From: Leptospira sp.
GTDB taxonomy: Bacteria; Spirochaetota; Leptospiria; Leptospirales; Leptospiraceae
Reading direction: 5' to 3'
NCBI GenBank assembly: GCA_034439575.1
Contig: JAWXAQ010000027.1
Span: forward strand, 320,001 to 384,000
DNA: 64,000 nt
Under the pieces are notes generated by a model. That model saw only the letters and a program-made list of their open reading frames with translations. It ran no database searches and had not been told where the DNA came from. The stretch's first letter is position 1; each line of letters begins with the position of its first letter. The translations under genes were made by a program, and so were the position numbers. Shown one piece after another: positions 10,744-20,849 of this stretch.

Positions 10744-12153
10744 ATGGAAGAAGACGTAAGTAAAGAGACCCTCTTTCGAACCAGAATTGATAAGGAAAAT
10801 GAATCGTTTGAAAGTTTTTTAGACGAGTTACGCGGTGCTATAAAAAACGATCATGAAACCTTTTTAAAAGGCCTTCTTGATGGCGCCCACCCAGCCGACA
10901 TTGCCACTATTTTTAAAGCCTTAGAAACGGAAGAATCACTATATCTTTTCCGTATTTTATCTAACGAAGACCAAGCATACACACTGATAAAAATTGACGA
11001 TGAAATGTTGTCTCTTTTTTTGGAGGAGTTGTCCATTGAGGAAATTTCCAAAACTTTAGATTATATTGAAACAGATGAAACAACTTATTTACTTTCTTAT
11101 CTAACACCAAGTAAACGAGACCAAGTACTATCAAAACTAAGTAAACGTGATTCCTTTGAGATCCGATCCCAACTCGGTTTTCGTGAATCCAGTGCTGGTC
11201 GACTCATGTCAAAAGATTTTGCCACAGCAATGCTCGGTGATAATGTGCGCAAAGGGATTATCAATGTCAGAAAAAAAGCTAAGGAAATTGAAGATATTTA
11301 CCAAGTTTATGTGACAGATGAGGATGGCATCCTTAAAGGATTTATTCCTCTTAAAGATTTATTCCTAACACCGATTAATACAAAGATCGATAAAATCACA
11401 AATTTTTCTATCTATTCTTTTCATTATGATACTGACCAAGAAGAAGTAGCCTTAACTTTTAAAAAATATGACCTTGTCAGTGCTGCTGTCGTTGATGATT
11501 TAGGGCGGATCATTGGTCGCATAACATTAGATGATGTTTTAGAAATTGTTGAAGAAGAAGCATCCGAAGATATTTTGAGAATGGCCGGGGTCTCTGAAGA
11601 TGAGAGGCTTGCGACACCTATTATTCAATCAGTGAAAAGACGAATCATTTGGCTAAACGTAAATTTATTAACAGCCTTTTTATCATCCACGGTTGTGGCT
11701 TTTTTTGAAGAGACGATTGCAAAAATTGTAGTACTTGCGACTCTTATGCCAATTGTTGCTGGTCTCGGAGGTAATGCTGGAACTCAATCGGTAACAGTAG
11801 TTATCCGAAATATTGCCACAGGGGATTTGACTTTTTCTAATTGGTGGGAGGCGGTTCGTAAAGAATTTATCATTGGTTGTATCAATGGTTTGGTACTTGG
11901 ATTCATTACAGGGCTTATGATATTTTTAGTAAAAGGAAATTTAGTTCTCGGTTTGGTTGTGGGAAGTGCCATGCTCGTTAATATGTTAGTTGCATCACTT
12001 TCTGGTTCACTAGTTCCTATTTTACTAAAGCTTATCAAAATAGACCCAGCCATTGCTTCATCGATTTTTGTAACGGCTATGACAGATGTCTGTGGATTTT
12101 TCTTTTTCTTAGGACTTGCCACATTACTTTCAAATTACCTGATTCCTTCTTAG
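10744..12153 (+). CDS. mgtE: Magnesium transporter MgtE
   Basis: HPADIA N-terminal domain, CBS pair, GLGGNAGTQS, DPAIASSIFVTAMTDV. Confidence 0.97.
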   Translation: MEEDVSKETLFRTRIDKENESFESFLDELRGAIKNDHETFLKGLLDGAHPADIATIFKALETEESLYLFRILSNEDQAYTLIKIDDEMLSLFLEELSIEEISKTLDYIETDETTYLLSYLTPSKRDQVLSKLSKRDSFEIRSQLGFRESSAGRLMSKDFATAMLGDNVRKGIINVRKKAKEIEDIYQVYVTDEDGILKGFIPLKDLFLTPINTKIDKITNFSIYSFHYDTDQEEVALTFKKYDLVSAAVVDDLGRIIGRITLDDVLEIVEEEASEDILRMAGVSEDERLATPIIQSVKRRIIWLNVNLLTAFLSSTVVAFFEETIAKIVVLATLMPIVAGLGGNAGTQSVTVVIRNIATGDLTFSNWWEAVRKEFIIGCINGLVLGFITGLMIFLVKGNLVLGLVVGSAMLVNMLVASLSGSLVPILLKLIKIDPAIASSIFVTAMTDVCGFFFFLGLATLLSNYLIPS

Positions 12154-12199
12154 GTAAATATTCTTGCGTTTCAGGTCTACATTCCTAGGATCATGTTTA

Positions 12200-12823
12200 A
12201 TGATGTTTCGAACGTTTCTCTATATTCTTATTTTTTTCACTTTTTTATTTGGCTGTCGCACTTCACAAGGAACGACTTCAAACACTGATACAAAGGCGAT
12301 TGCCATTGGTGAATTGCTCCCGCCCCCAGGTGGTGAGGGCGAAGTGATCTTAAATGAAAATGGAAATATCGTAGAAAACCATTCGAATGAACTTCCATTT
12401 TTTCAAAAAAAATCGGAAATTCCAAACGAATTTTTTCGAGTCTATATGTCGTCTGACAGCTATTTTGTGAGACAAATCAGAGGCACAGATAAAATCAAAC
12501 GTAAACCAGACGCCGGCGGAGATGACCTGGCTAAGGAAGAAATCAAACGGTTTGATTTACTTAATTTTATAGACGATGGTTATGTGATGGTTGGCTTAAA
12601 TTCTACGACAGGAAAATTAGAAACCATAGCCTTTGACAGAAGAGTGCCAAGGCTCAATGATATTGCCAAGGTGATTCAAAATGACGCCTCGCGTTGGAAC
12701 TATGAACATCCGACGAAAGACGGTTTACCAGTAGTAACAAGATTTATAGTCAATTATCAAATACGTCTTTATCCAAACAAATCTAGAGATGAAGTTAAAC
12801 AGATGTTACAGAAGAAAAAATAA
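12200..12823 (+). CDS. Leptospiral lipoprotein with a TonB-C-terminal-like domain
   Basis: Lipobox-like FLFGC after a hydrophobic stretch. The C-terminal pattern GYVMVG...GKL...RWNYEHPTKDGLPV resembles TonB_C. ATG at 12200 preferred over TTG at 12164. Confidence 0.55.
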   Translation: MMFRTFLYILIFFTFLFGCRTSQGTTSNTDTKAIAIGELLPPPGGEGEVILNENGNIVENHSNELPFFQKKSEIPNEFFRVYMSSDSYFVRQIRGTDKIKRKPDAGGDDLAKEEIKRFDLLNFIDDGYVMVGLNSTTGKLETIAFDRRVPRLNDIAKVIQNDASRWNYEHPTKDGLPVVTRFIVNYQIRLYPNKSRDEVKQMLQKKK

Positions 12824-12826
12824 AAT

Positions 12827-13807
12827 TTACCAGCTGAATTTACCCGTTTTCGCATAATTAAATTTCATACCTTCACCAATTCCTGGCACATTCATACCGG
12901 AATTTCCGTTTAGATCAAAACCTGCTGTTTTTGTTTGTATGGTTTTATATAGACCTTGGCTAATTTGTGAAATAGGAAATGCGGTGTTGATTTTTACTAT
13001 GGACTCTTTTCCATTATTTACGATTTCTTTGGGGCTGCCTTGCAAAAAGTTTTCGCCACCTAATTTCAAATTGTAACCGAAGTCTTGAAACAACAATTCG
13101 GAAGCGGCTTTGTTTTGGAAATTCAAATCAAAGTTAGTATTTAATTTGAGATCCAAATTTGATAGACCCGCACTGGCTGCTGATTTCGCGGCTTGTGTTT
13201 TTGATTTTCCTGAAAGTAAACCTTCTAAAAAACTCATTGCTGATGATGCCACAGCAGTGGTGTTAGCTTGTGAACTGATTTCTTCTTTTGTTGGCATAAG
13301 AATTTTAAAATTTTTAATGTCCACAGTTGGCAATACGGCAGGAATCTCTCTTTGTTTTTGGAATGGAAAACTGATAGAATCTTGGCCCACAGCGGCAAGT
13401 GAAGATGGAAGGGGCACTTTTACATTTCCATCTAGACCTACAGTGAGTAGAGGCTTGCCAGGAATGCTCTGATAAATTTTAACTAAGTCTGTGTATTTGA
13501 TTTTGATTTCGAAAGGTAAAGATTTAGTCGCTTTCGCTTGAATTTCACCTAAGTCAGTTGAAATATGTGTTAGTTTATTTCCTTCAATTTTCAAATCCAT
13601 ATTGAGTAAGGATTTGGGTAAACCGACTGGATATGGATTTTCTAAAGTCGTTACCATTTTTAATGTAATGTCTGTTAGTGTGATTTCTTTAATGCTTAAT
13701 GATTCAAATGAAAATTCGGGACGTGGAACTTTGTCCTGTAAAACTCCGAGTAAGGAACAATGGCTGAGTGTTACTGACAAAATTAATAGGGAAAGTTTAG
13801 AAATCAT
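12827..13807 (-). CDS. LEA_2/WHy-domain lipoprotein (two domains)
   Basis: LSHC lipobox, ENPYPVGLP (WHy NPN-like motif) and a second beta-rich repeat. ATG at 13807 avoids overlap with xth. Confidence 0.7.
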   Translation of the reverse strand: MISKLSLLILSVTLSHCSLLGVLQDKVPRPEFSFESLSIKEITLTDITLKMVTTLENPYPVGLPKSLLNMDLKIEGNKLTHISTDLGEIQAKATKSLPFEIKIKYTDLVKIYQSIPGKPLLTVGLDGNVKVPLPSSLAAVGQDSISFPFQKQREIPAVLPTVDIKNFKILMPTKEEISSQANTTAVASSAMSFLEGLLSGKSKTQAAKSAASAGLSNLDLKLNTNFDLNFQNKAASELLFQDFGYNLKLGGENFLQGSPKEIVNNGKESIVKINTAFPISQISQGLYKTIQTKTAGFDLNGNSGMNVPGIGEGMKFNYAKTGKFSW

Positions 13808-13838
13808 AAGGAAATGACATTTCAAACAAGCACACTTG

Positions 13839-14606
13839 TCAAGGCATTTGAAGTTCGACGACAACCGCCGCATGATCTGAAACAATTGGTTCATTTATAA
13901 TTTTTGCTTTTTTTCCTACAGATAACAAGGAATCAGATCCTAAAACATAATCAATGCGCCAACCTTTATCATTCGCTCGTGCATTCGCACGATAAGACCA
14001 CCAACTATATTTTTGCAAATCGGGATTTAATTCCCTATAAAAATCTATAAATCCTTTGCGTAAAAATTGGCTAAACCAAGCTCTTTCTTCGGGTAAAAAT
14101 CCACTGTTCTTGGCATTGGACTTCGGGTTATGAATGTCAATTTCCATATGAGCGATATTGACATCGCCAACGAGTATAAGAGGTTTCTTTTTTGCTTTTA
14201 ATTTTTTTGAAAGAGTCAGCACTTCATCTAAGAATTTGTATTTAATTTTTTGGCGTTCATCACCGGAAGTACCGGAAGGAAAATAAACATTCCAAAATAG
14301 AAATTTCGGATACTCTAATAAAATGGATCTTCCTTCTGACTTGAAAATTCCATCACCATATCCACTTATGGAAGAAAGCGGAGATTTTTTTACAAGAGTG
14401 CAAACTCCACTATAGCCTGCTTTGTCTGCGATACAAGTTTGAATTTCATAACCCATTTCTTTCCAATGTTCTTTTCGAATTTCATTTTCAGGTGCCTTTG
14501 TTTCTTGGAAGGCGATAATGTCTGGATTTTCGCTACTAATCATTGTCAGTAGTCCTTTGGAAATTGCGGATCTAATGCCATTACAATTAAGTGTTAATAT
14601 TTTCAT
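13839..14606 (-). CDS. xth: Exodeoxyribonuclease III
   Basis: LNCNGIRS, QETK, GDVNIAH, WWSYR, GWRIDY and SDHA motifs. Confidence 0.97.
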   Translation of the reverse strand: MKILTLNCNGIRSAISKGLLTMISSENPDIIAFQETKAPENEIRKEHWKEMGYEIQTCIADKAGYSGVCTLVKKSPLSSISGYGDGIFKSEGRSILLEYPKFLFWNVYFPSGTSGDERQKIKYKFLDEVLTLSKKLKAKKKPLILVGDVNIAHMEIDIHNPKSNAKNSGFLPEERAWFSQFLRKGFIDFYRELNPDLQKYSWWSYRANARANDKGWRIDYVLGSDSLLSVGKKAKIINEPIVSDHAAVVVELQMP

Positions 14607-14656
14607 AAAGAATTCAGATAGATTATTTCAACAATTCAGTCGATATATGATATAGT

Positions 14657-17479
14657 ATGCTAGAAATTTCTCCTGACATTCCTTTTCTTTCTGATACAAA
14701 GATACGATTCCTTGTATGGGACCGTGCTCCAAGAAGTCTAGAAATTTGGAATTGGTCTGAGGGTTTGTATTGTTTTCTCCAATCTAGATCAACTCGAGAA
14801 GGTAAAGAATTTCGCTACGGAAGTCCATTATGGGGCATTCCCAATTACGTAAATTATATTGAGTATCCATTTTATACAAGCAGTGATTCGCAAATTTATT
14901 CGGAACTTGGTTCTGCTTGGAAAGAGACTTTAAAACAAAAAACCATTACGATTCTTGCACCATACGAAGATGAAGCTGAGATACGTTTAGAATTTGCAAA
15001 ATTATTTTTAAAATGTAATCCGAATCAAACTTTTGAACAGGTAGGAAAAAATTTTGGATTGGTAGGAGAAACCTATCTTTTGTTAAATGAATTTGCAAGA
15101 GTGATTAAAAAAGAGATTCCATCACAAAATCAATTCTTTAAAATTTCCCCTCCCATACTTATACATTCAAGCCAAAAACCAATCATAACAAACATAGAGA
15201 CCAAAAATAAAGACACAGTGCTTGTGTCCAAATTGGAACCAATAACAATCCAAAAAGATGAGAGAGAAATTTTCAATGCCAATTCGGCTGAATCAATAAA
15301 CAATAGTAATACGGAGTTAGAAATAACAACTGTTAAGAGTTCAGAAAAAGAATCAGAAATTAAAAACACAACTCTTTATGATCCAGAGGTCAAGGTTGAT
15401 ATTCTCGAAAAAGACAAAAAAGAGGAAATTTCAATTCCAGCTCCTAAATCGGAAATCATTGAAACGCCCGTAGATAAAATCATTGAAACGCAAGAGAAAG
15501 CATCTACGAAATTTTCCATACAATTAAAAATGATGGGAGTGATTTCTGTATTATTCATTTTAACTGTATCGACTATTATTTTTTTTGCATCAAATTTCTT
15601 TAGAAATACTTCTGAGTTACAATTAAGAGACAATAACTTGCGTATGGCGGAAATTGTTGGTTCTAAGGTTGGGTCTGATGTATTGAATGCAGTGGAAAGA
15701 GGAAAACAGATTGCCTTTACTTTAACAACGCAAGGAATAGGAGACGAACAAAAAAATAAGTTGTTAAAATCTTTTTTTGAATCAGATAAGGAATTTATTT
15801 ATTTAGGGATATATGAAAAAAACGGGGAAGATTTAGTCAATAAACGGGAAGTCTTCAATGAAGAGGAATTAAAACTTACTTCTTTAACTGAAGAAGACTT
15901 TCATAATGTGGTTAAACGCAACAAAGGTCTGTTTGCTGAAGCATTTTCTGGCCAACCTGTACTTATTAATTCAAGCCCAGGATTCCAAGAACCTTCTTTC
16001 GCCATAGCGATTCCAACAGAAGAAAACGGAAAACTTGATAATATTCTAGTGATGATCATTAAACTAGAAAAAATCATAGATGCGTTTGAGAAAAAAGGAA
16101 TTGAAACTACATTTCTTGTGAATGGTGCAGGAATTGTGATCGCTCATCCCAAAGAAGATTTAGTTCTATCGGCCACAGATTTATCTTCCATGCCCATAGT
16201 GAGAACTATGCTGACTAGTGCCGCTGCCACAGGGCAAACCAGTTATTTAGATGAAGAGTTAAAATCTCAGTTTCTAGGCTCATTTAAAAAAATCGGATTT
16301 GCTGACACGGGAGTTGTGACTATCGTTTCGGAAGATAAGGCCTTTGAAGCAGTTTATAATATTCAAAAAAGAAATATTTATATCATGGGGATTGGATTAT
16401 GCATAGCTTTGATCTTTGTATTTTTCTTCTCTAAAACCATCACTAAACCTATATTGCACTTGTTATCTGCAACTTTACAAATTGCAAAAGGCGATTTCCA
16501 AATCGGTATCAAACCTACCACAAGAGATGAAGTGGGTTTACTTACTGAATATTTTATAGAGATGGGTCAAGGCTTAGAAGAACGAGAGAAAGTAAAAAAC
16601 ATTCTCGGTAGTATGATCGACCCTGTAGTAGTTCAGGAAGCTATGGTGGATTTGGCGGCCTTAAAACGCGGATCAGAAGCACAAATCACCGCCTTCTTTT
16701 CCGATGTTGCTGGTTTTTCTACCATTTCAGAACAATTAAAATCTGCAGATCTTGCCGCACTACTAAATGAATACTTAAGTGCGATGACTTTAATTTTAAA
16801 ACAACATGAAGGAGTCCTAGATAAATACATTGGTGATGCGATCGTCGGTATTTTTTCCGCACCAGTTATTGTGAGTGAACACCAATTGAAGGCGGCAAGA
16901 GCTAGTGTAGAGATGATTCAAAAATTAAAAGAATTAAGAAAGTATTGGAAAGATAACAATCTCTATTCTAAAGAAGCTCAAGAAATGGATTGCCGCATCG
17001 GACTCAATTCTGGACCAGCTAAGGTTGGTTTTATGGGAACCGATGCCCTTGCATCATATACTATGATGGGTGATACTGTTAATTTAGCCGCTAGATTGGA
17101 AGCGGCAGGTAAAGATTACGGTGTCAATATACTCATCACTGACGCGATTCAAAAACACCTTCAAGATGAAATGATTACTCGGTATTTAGATTTAGTTCGA
17201 GTTAAAGGGAAAAATGAACCTGTTCGTATCCATGAGTTAGTTGGATATAAATCTACTGTTTCTTCTGCAGTAGTCGAAGCTTGCCGTTTGTACGAACAAG
17301 GATTTGAAGCTTATTTGGAACGAGATTGGAATAAAGCCATAACATATTTTATAGATTCAGAAAAAGCCCGTGGGGAAAAAGACAAATCTTGTCATGTATT
17401 AATCGAAAGATGCGAAGAATACAAAGAATTTTCACCAGGTGTAGATTGGGATGGAGTATTTACTCGAACTCATAAATAA
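14657..17479 (+). CDS. Membrane-bound class III adenylate cyclase (N-terminal extension, 2 TM helices, Cache-like periplasmic domain, HAMP, cyclase, TPR-like tail)
   Basis: FFSDVAGFS, LDKYIGDAI and YTMMGDTVNLAARLE; HAMP segment TKPILHL...DEVGLL. Confidence 0.9.
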   Translation: MLEISPDIPFLSDTKIRFLVWDRAPRSLEIWNWSEGLYCFLQSRSTREGKEFRYGSPLWGIPNYVNYIEYPFYTSSDSQIYSELGSAWKETLKQKTITILAPYEDEAEIRLEFAKLFLKCNPNQTFEQVGKNFGLVGETYLLLNEFARVIKKEIPSQNQFFKISPPILIHSSQKPIITNIETKNKDTVLVSKLEPITIQKDEREIFNANSAESINNSNTELEITTVKSSEKESEIKNTTLYDPEVKVDILEKDKKEEISIPAPKSEIIETPVDKIIETQEKASTKFSIQLKMMGVISVLFILTVSTIIFFASNFFRNTSELQLRDNNLRMAEIVGSKVGSDVLNAVERGKQIAFTLTTQGIGDEQKNKLLKSFFESDKEFIYLGIYEKNGEDLVNKREVFNEEELKLTSLTEEDFHNVVKRNKGLFAEAFSGQPVLINSSPGFQEPSFAIAIPTEENGKLDNILVMIIKLEKIIDAFEKKGIETTFLVNGAGIVIAHPKEDLVLSATDLSSMPIVRTMLTSAAATGQTSYLDEELKSQFLGSFKKIGFADTGVVTIVSEDKAFEAVYNIQKRNIYIMGIGLCIALIFVFFFSKTITKPILHLLSATLQIAKGDFQIGIKPTTRDEVGLLTEYFIEMGQGLEEREKVKNILGSMIDPVVVQEAMVDLAALKRGSEAQITAFFSDVAGFSTISEQLKSADLAALLNEYLSAMTLILKQHEGVLDKYIGDAIVGIFSAPVIVSEHQLKAARASVEMIQKLKELRKYWKDNNLYSKEAQEMDCRIGLNSGPAKVGFMGTDALASYTMMGDTVNLAARLEAAGKDYGVNILITDAIQKHLQDEMITRYLDLVRVKGKNEPVRIHELVGYKSTVSSAVVEACRLYEQGFEAYLERDWNKAITYFIDSEKARGEKDKSCHVLIERCEEYKEFSPGVDWDGVFTRTHK
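15453..15491 (+). repeat. 15-bp direct repeat AAATCATTGAAACGC (24-bp period) in the cyclase linker
   Basis: Copies at 15453-15467 and 15477-15491; encodes IIETP/IIETQ. Confidence 0.7.
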
Positions 17480-17481
17480 TT

Positions 17482-19605
17482 ATGCGTCTGTTAAACGATA
17501 CAAGATTTGTTATTCCCTTTCTACTTTTACTTATAAGTATATTTTCTGTACTTTTATACTTAAATGTGACTAGTAGACTTGGTGGTTCTGATAATCCGAC
17601 GATAGGTGTCATCACTTATAAAACTAAAAATGTATTAAGAAAATTTAACGATCAAGTGGTATGGGATAGCATTGAATCCAACCAAGAAGTTAAAAATCGA
17701 GATACAATTCGTACTGAAGGTTTATCTGATGCTGTTTTGACACTCAATGATGGAACCAAAATCAACATTGCTGAAAATTCAATGATACTTCTTGATATTT
17801 CAGATAAAAATATCAATGTTAATTTTGCCTATGGTTCCTTTGAAGCCGCAAGAGAAAATACAAACCAAGGTGATGTGAAGATGAATATCACAGCAGGTGA
17901 CAAGGTTGTTGAAGTAGGCAAAGGTGATGTTAAATTAGATAAAACTAAAAATGAACTGAATTTAAAAGTTGGTGAAGGGGAAGCTAAAATCACAGCCAAT
18001 GGAAAAGAAGAAACTATTTCTAAGGATGAAGTTGCCAATGTTTCCAGTGAAGGTGTTAAGGTAACAAAACCTCGATTTGGTTTAGTGAGCCCATCTGACA
18101 GAAAAAATATTCTAACTGACTCAGGTTCTGAAGTGATCCAATTTTCAGTCAGTGGTGTCAATGCAGATCTCATTCGAAGTTCTTCACCCATATTAGAAAT
18201 CTCCAGTTCGCAAGATTTTTCAAAATCAGTGGCTAAAGAAAAATTAAAGTCAGGAACATTTCAGAAAACTTTAGTTAGTGGATCATATTTTTGGAGAGTA
18301 ACTTATATTGATCCTGAAAACAAGGCAAAACAGTCAACCGAAATTGTTAGATTTAGAGTGATCACAAATCCACAGTTAAGATTGTTTCTTCCCAAAGATG
18401 GAGATAACTTCTCTTATACGACAGAGAGTCCTGTAGTCAAATTAGCTTGGGGAAATTTAGATTTATATACAAATTATACAGCCGAAATCGCAAAAGATAA
18501 TAAATTTTCGGTCGACCTAAAATCAAAACAAACACAAAATCAAGCAATCTCTTTCGACAATTTAAGTGATGGTGTTTATTATGCACGAGTGATTGCTCGT
18601 TCTAATATTCCAGATATCAATGAAAAAATTTCACCGATTAGCCAGTTTACAGTGGGTAAAAAACTGAATCTTGAACCACCTGTTCTTGTGGAACCCGCTA
18701 AAAATAAAAGTTATACGAAAGATCAAATCAAAAATCAAATATTTTTTTCATGGAAGGATAACAAAGATTATAAGTCATATGATTTTGAAATTAGCTCCGA
18801 TGCCAATTTTTCAAACATCATTTCCAAACAAAACTCTGAAAATAGTTTTATCAAATTTGGAAACGAGTTGAATGAGGGAAACTATTTTTGGAGAGTCAAA
18901 GGGAATGTCCCAGGCAAAGAAAGTTTACTTTCTTCCATTTATTCATTTTCAATTATTTCAAAAGAAGATTTGAATCTTCTTTCACCAGTAAATAATTCGG
19001 AACATGAAATCAATGAAAATAGTGGCATTCTACTTAAGTGGAAAAAACTAAATACTAAAGTAAATTATAAATTAGAGATATCTAAATTACCAAATTTTTC
19101 AAATTTAATCGTTTCTGAACAAGTCACAAATACTTTTTATGATTTTAAAGCTAAGGATTTTGGTAAATTCTATTGGCGAGTGATAGCAGACACTGAACCC
19201 GAAAAAACAAAAAGCGAAGAGTGGATATTTGTTTTAAGTTCTTCTATGGAACCTCCAATTCTTATATCACCTACAAAAAACGAAACTATCGATTTATCAA
19301 ATCGAAATAATATAGTTTTTACTTGGAAAGCACAAGAAAAAGCGATAGCTTACAAAATTAAAATCTTTGATATCAGTGGAATCAAAGAAAAACAAATTGT
19401 TTCAGAACGCACTACACAACTCAAATTTGTGATTTCAGATTTTACTAAATTGAATGAAGGCAGACATAAGATCGAAATTTGTTCTTTATATTCAGGTTCT
19501 GATGTGGAAAAAGAGTCTGCATACTATCGTTCCGATTTTTTTATCAACTTACCTAAGTTAAATATTCCTAAAATCCTTACTCCAGGTACAATTTATGTGG
19601 AATAA
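17482..19605 (+). CDS. FecR-domain protein with repeated Fn3/Ig-like modules
   Basis: N-terminal TM helix; DTIRT...LNDGTKINIAENS FecR motif; repeated P-x-L-x-x-P ... W ... Y-x-x-EIS ... YFWRV modules. Confidence 0.8.
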   Translation: MRLLNDTRFVIPFLLLLISIFSVLLYLNVTSRLGGSDNPTIGVITYKTKNVLRKFNDQVVWDSIESNQEVKNRDTIRTEGLSDAVLTLNDGTKINIAENSMILLDISDKNINVNFAYGSFEAARENTNQGDVKMNITAGDKVVEVGKGDVKLDKTKNELNLKVGEGEAKITANGKEETISKDEVANVSSEGVKVTKPRFGLVSPSDRKNILTDSGSEVIQFSVSGVNADLIRSSSPILEISSSQDFSKSVAKEKLKSGTFQKTLVSGSYFWRVTYIDPENKAKQSTEIVRFRVITNPQLRLFLPKDGDNFSYTTESPVVKLAWGNLDLYTNYTAEIAKDNKFSVDLKSKQTQNQAISFDNLSDGVYYARVIARSNIPDINEKISPISQFTVGKKLNLEPPVLVEPAKNKSYTKDQIKNQIFFSWKDNKDYKSYDFEISSDANFSNIISKQNSENSFIKFGNELNEGNYFWRVKGNVPGKESLLSSIYSFSIISKEDLNLLSPVNNSEHEINENSGILLKWKKLNTKVNYKLEISKLPNFSNLIVSEQVTNTFYDFKAKDFGKFYWRVIADTEPEKTKSEEWIFVLSSSMEPPILISPTKNETIDLSNRNNIVFTWKAQEKAIAYKIKIFDISGIKEKQIVSERTTQLKFVISDFTKLNEGRHKIEICSLYSGSDVEKESAYYRSDFFINLPKLNIPKILTPGTIYVE

Positions 19606-20803
19606 TTATTTAAGAATTCTTATATTTCAAATATTTTTAATTAATGGCACATCTATTTTAGCAGAAGGTCCACCCGAAACTGTAGAGGAAACAATGGTGT
19701 ACCAATTGAAATGGCAAGAAGTTCCTGGAGCTTCTGGTTATTTATTAGAAATTAAAAATTCCAGCGGTTATATGGTCATTTCGGAAAAAACAAATTCCAA
19801 TTTTTATAATGCCGCTAATTTTTTATCTGGAACCTACGAACATCGAGTAGGTGTAATTAATAAAATTGGTAAGGTGGGATCCTTTTCGGATTGGGTTCCT
19901 TTTGAAGTTGTAGTTTCTAGAATTCCTTCTTTATCGAAAGATAGAGTGTATTCTATTTCAAGAGAAGAAAAAACTAAAACCATAGAATTTTCTGGAAAAG
20001 ATTTTTTGCCTCAAATGAAAGTTTATATGATTTTAGATGGTAAAAAAATTCCAGCTAAAAAAGTCGAAATTGAATCTGCTACAAAAGCAAGAGCCGTTTT
20101 TGATATTGATCCTGAATTAGATACAGGCTTATATGATTTAGTTTTAGAGAACCCTCGCAAAAAAACACTTAACGCCAAACAACGAATTGTTCTCAGTGAT
20201 TCAAAAGAGCAAGCAGAAAGATTTGCATCCAGACAAGAAAAAATTATTAATAAAGAAATTCCCGAAGATTATTACCAAACACCATATTGGTCCACAATAT
20301 GGAGATCAACCGTATTGCCTGGTTGGGGCCAAAATTATATTGAAGGAAGCTCATGGAAATTATATACATACCCACTCATTGGTTTAGGAATAGCTGGCGC
20401 TTATGCAAATTCTTATAATAAATTTTTAGGTGCCAGATCTAGTTACCAAGATTCAGTGATTTTGGGTTATTTTTTGGCAGATAATCCTGATGCTCAATTA
20501 ATTTGGTTATTAAATAGAAATACAGCTCAAAGTAATTATTCGGCAGCAAAACAAGAGTTAAACAATATTCAAACGGGAATAGGTGTATTTGGGGTATTTA
20601 TACTTTATAATTTGATAGATGCCTATTTTAGTGCAAGAAGAAATGTTGCTTTCAATGATATAAAGCCTGGTTTACCCATTGGACAAGAAAATATACGATT
20701 GAATGCTCGCATGGAAAGGGGTTTGCCACAAACGTTTTCTCTCCAACCATTGAATTTAAAGAACGAACCAATTTATAATTTAGAAATCCTCTATCAGTTC
20801 TAG
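19595..20803 (+). CDS. Exported Leptospira-type hypothetical protein (Fn3-like and IPT-like domains, C-terminal membrane-associated region)
   Basis: Signal peptide; LKWQEVPGASGYLLEI Fn3-like start; WRSTVLPGWGQNY motif; 11-nt overlap with the FecR gene. Confidence 0.6.
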   Translation: MWNNYLRILIFQIFLINGTSILAEGPPETVEETMVYQLKWQEVPGASGYLLEIKNSSGYMVISEKTNSNFYNAANFLSGTYEHRVGVINKIGKVGSFSDWVPFEVVVSRIPSLSKDRVYSISREEKTKTIEFSGKDFLPQMKVYMILDGKKIPAKKVEIESATKARAVFDIDPELDTGLYDLVLENPRKKTLNAKQRIVLSDSKEQAERFASRQEKIINKEIPEDYYQTPYWSTIWRSTVLPGWGQNYIEGSSWKLYTYPLIGLGIAGAYANSYNKFLGARSSYQDSVILGYFLADNPDAQLIWLLNRNTAQSNYSAAKQELNNIQTGIGVFGVFILYNLIDAYFSARRNVAFNDIKPGLPIGQENIRLNARMERGLPQTFSLQPLNLKNEPIYNLEILYQF

Positions 20804-20849
20804 ACAAAAAGCTTGAGAAGCTAGCCCATTTTTGGATAAAGTCAAAGGT

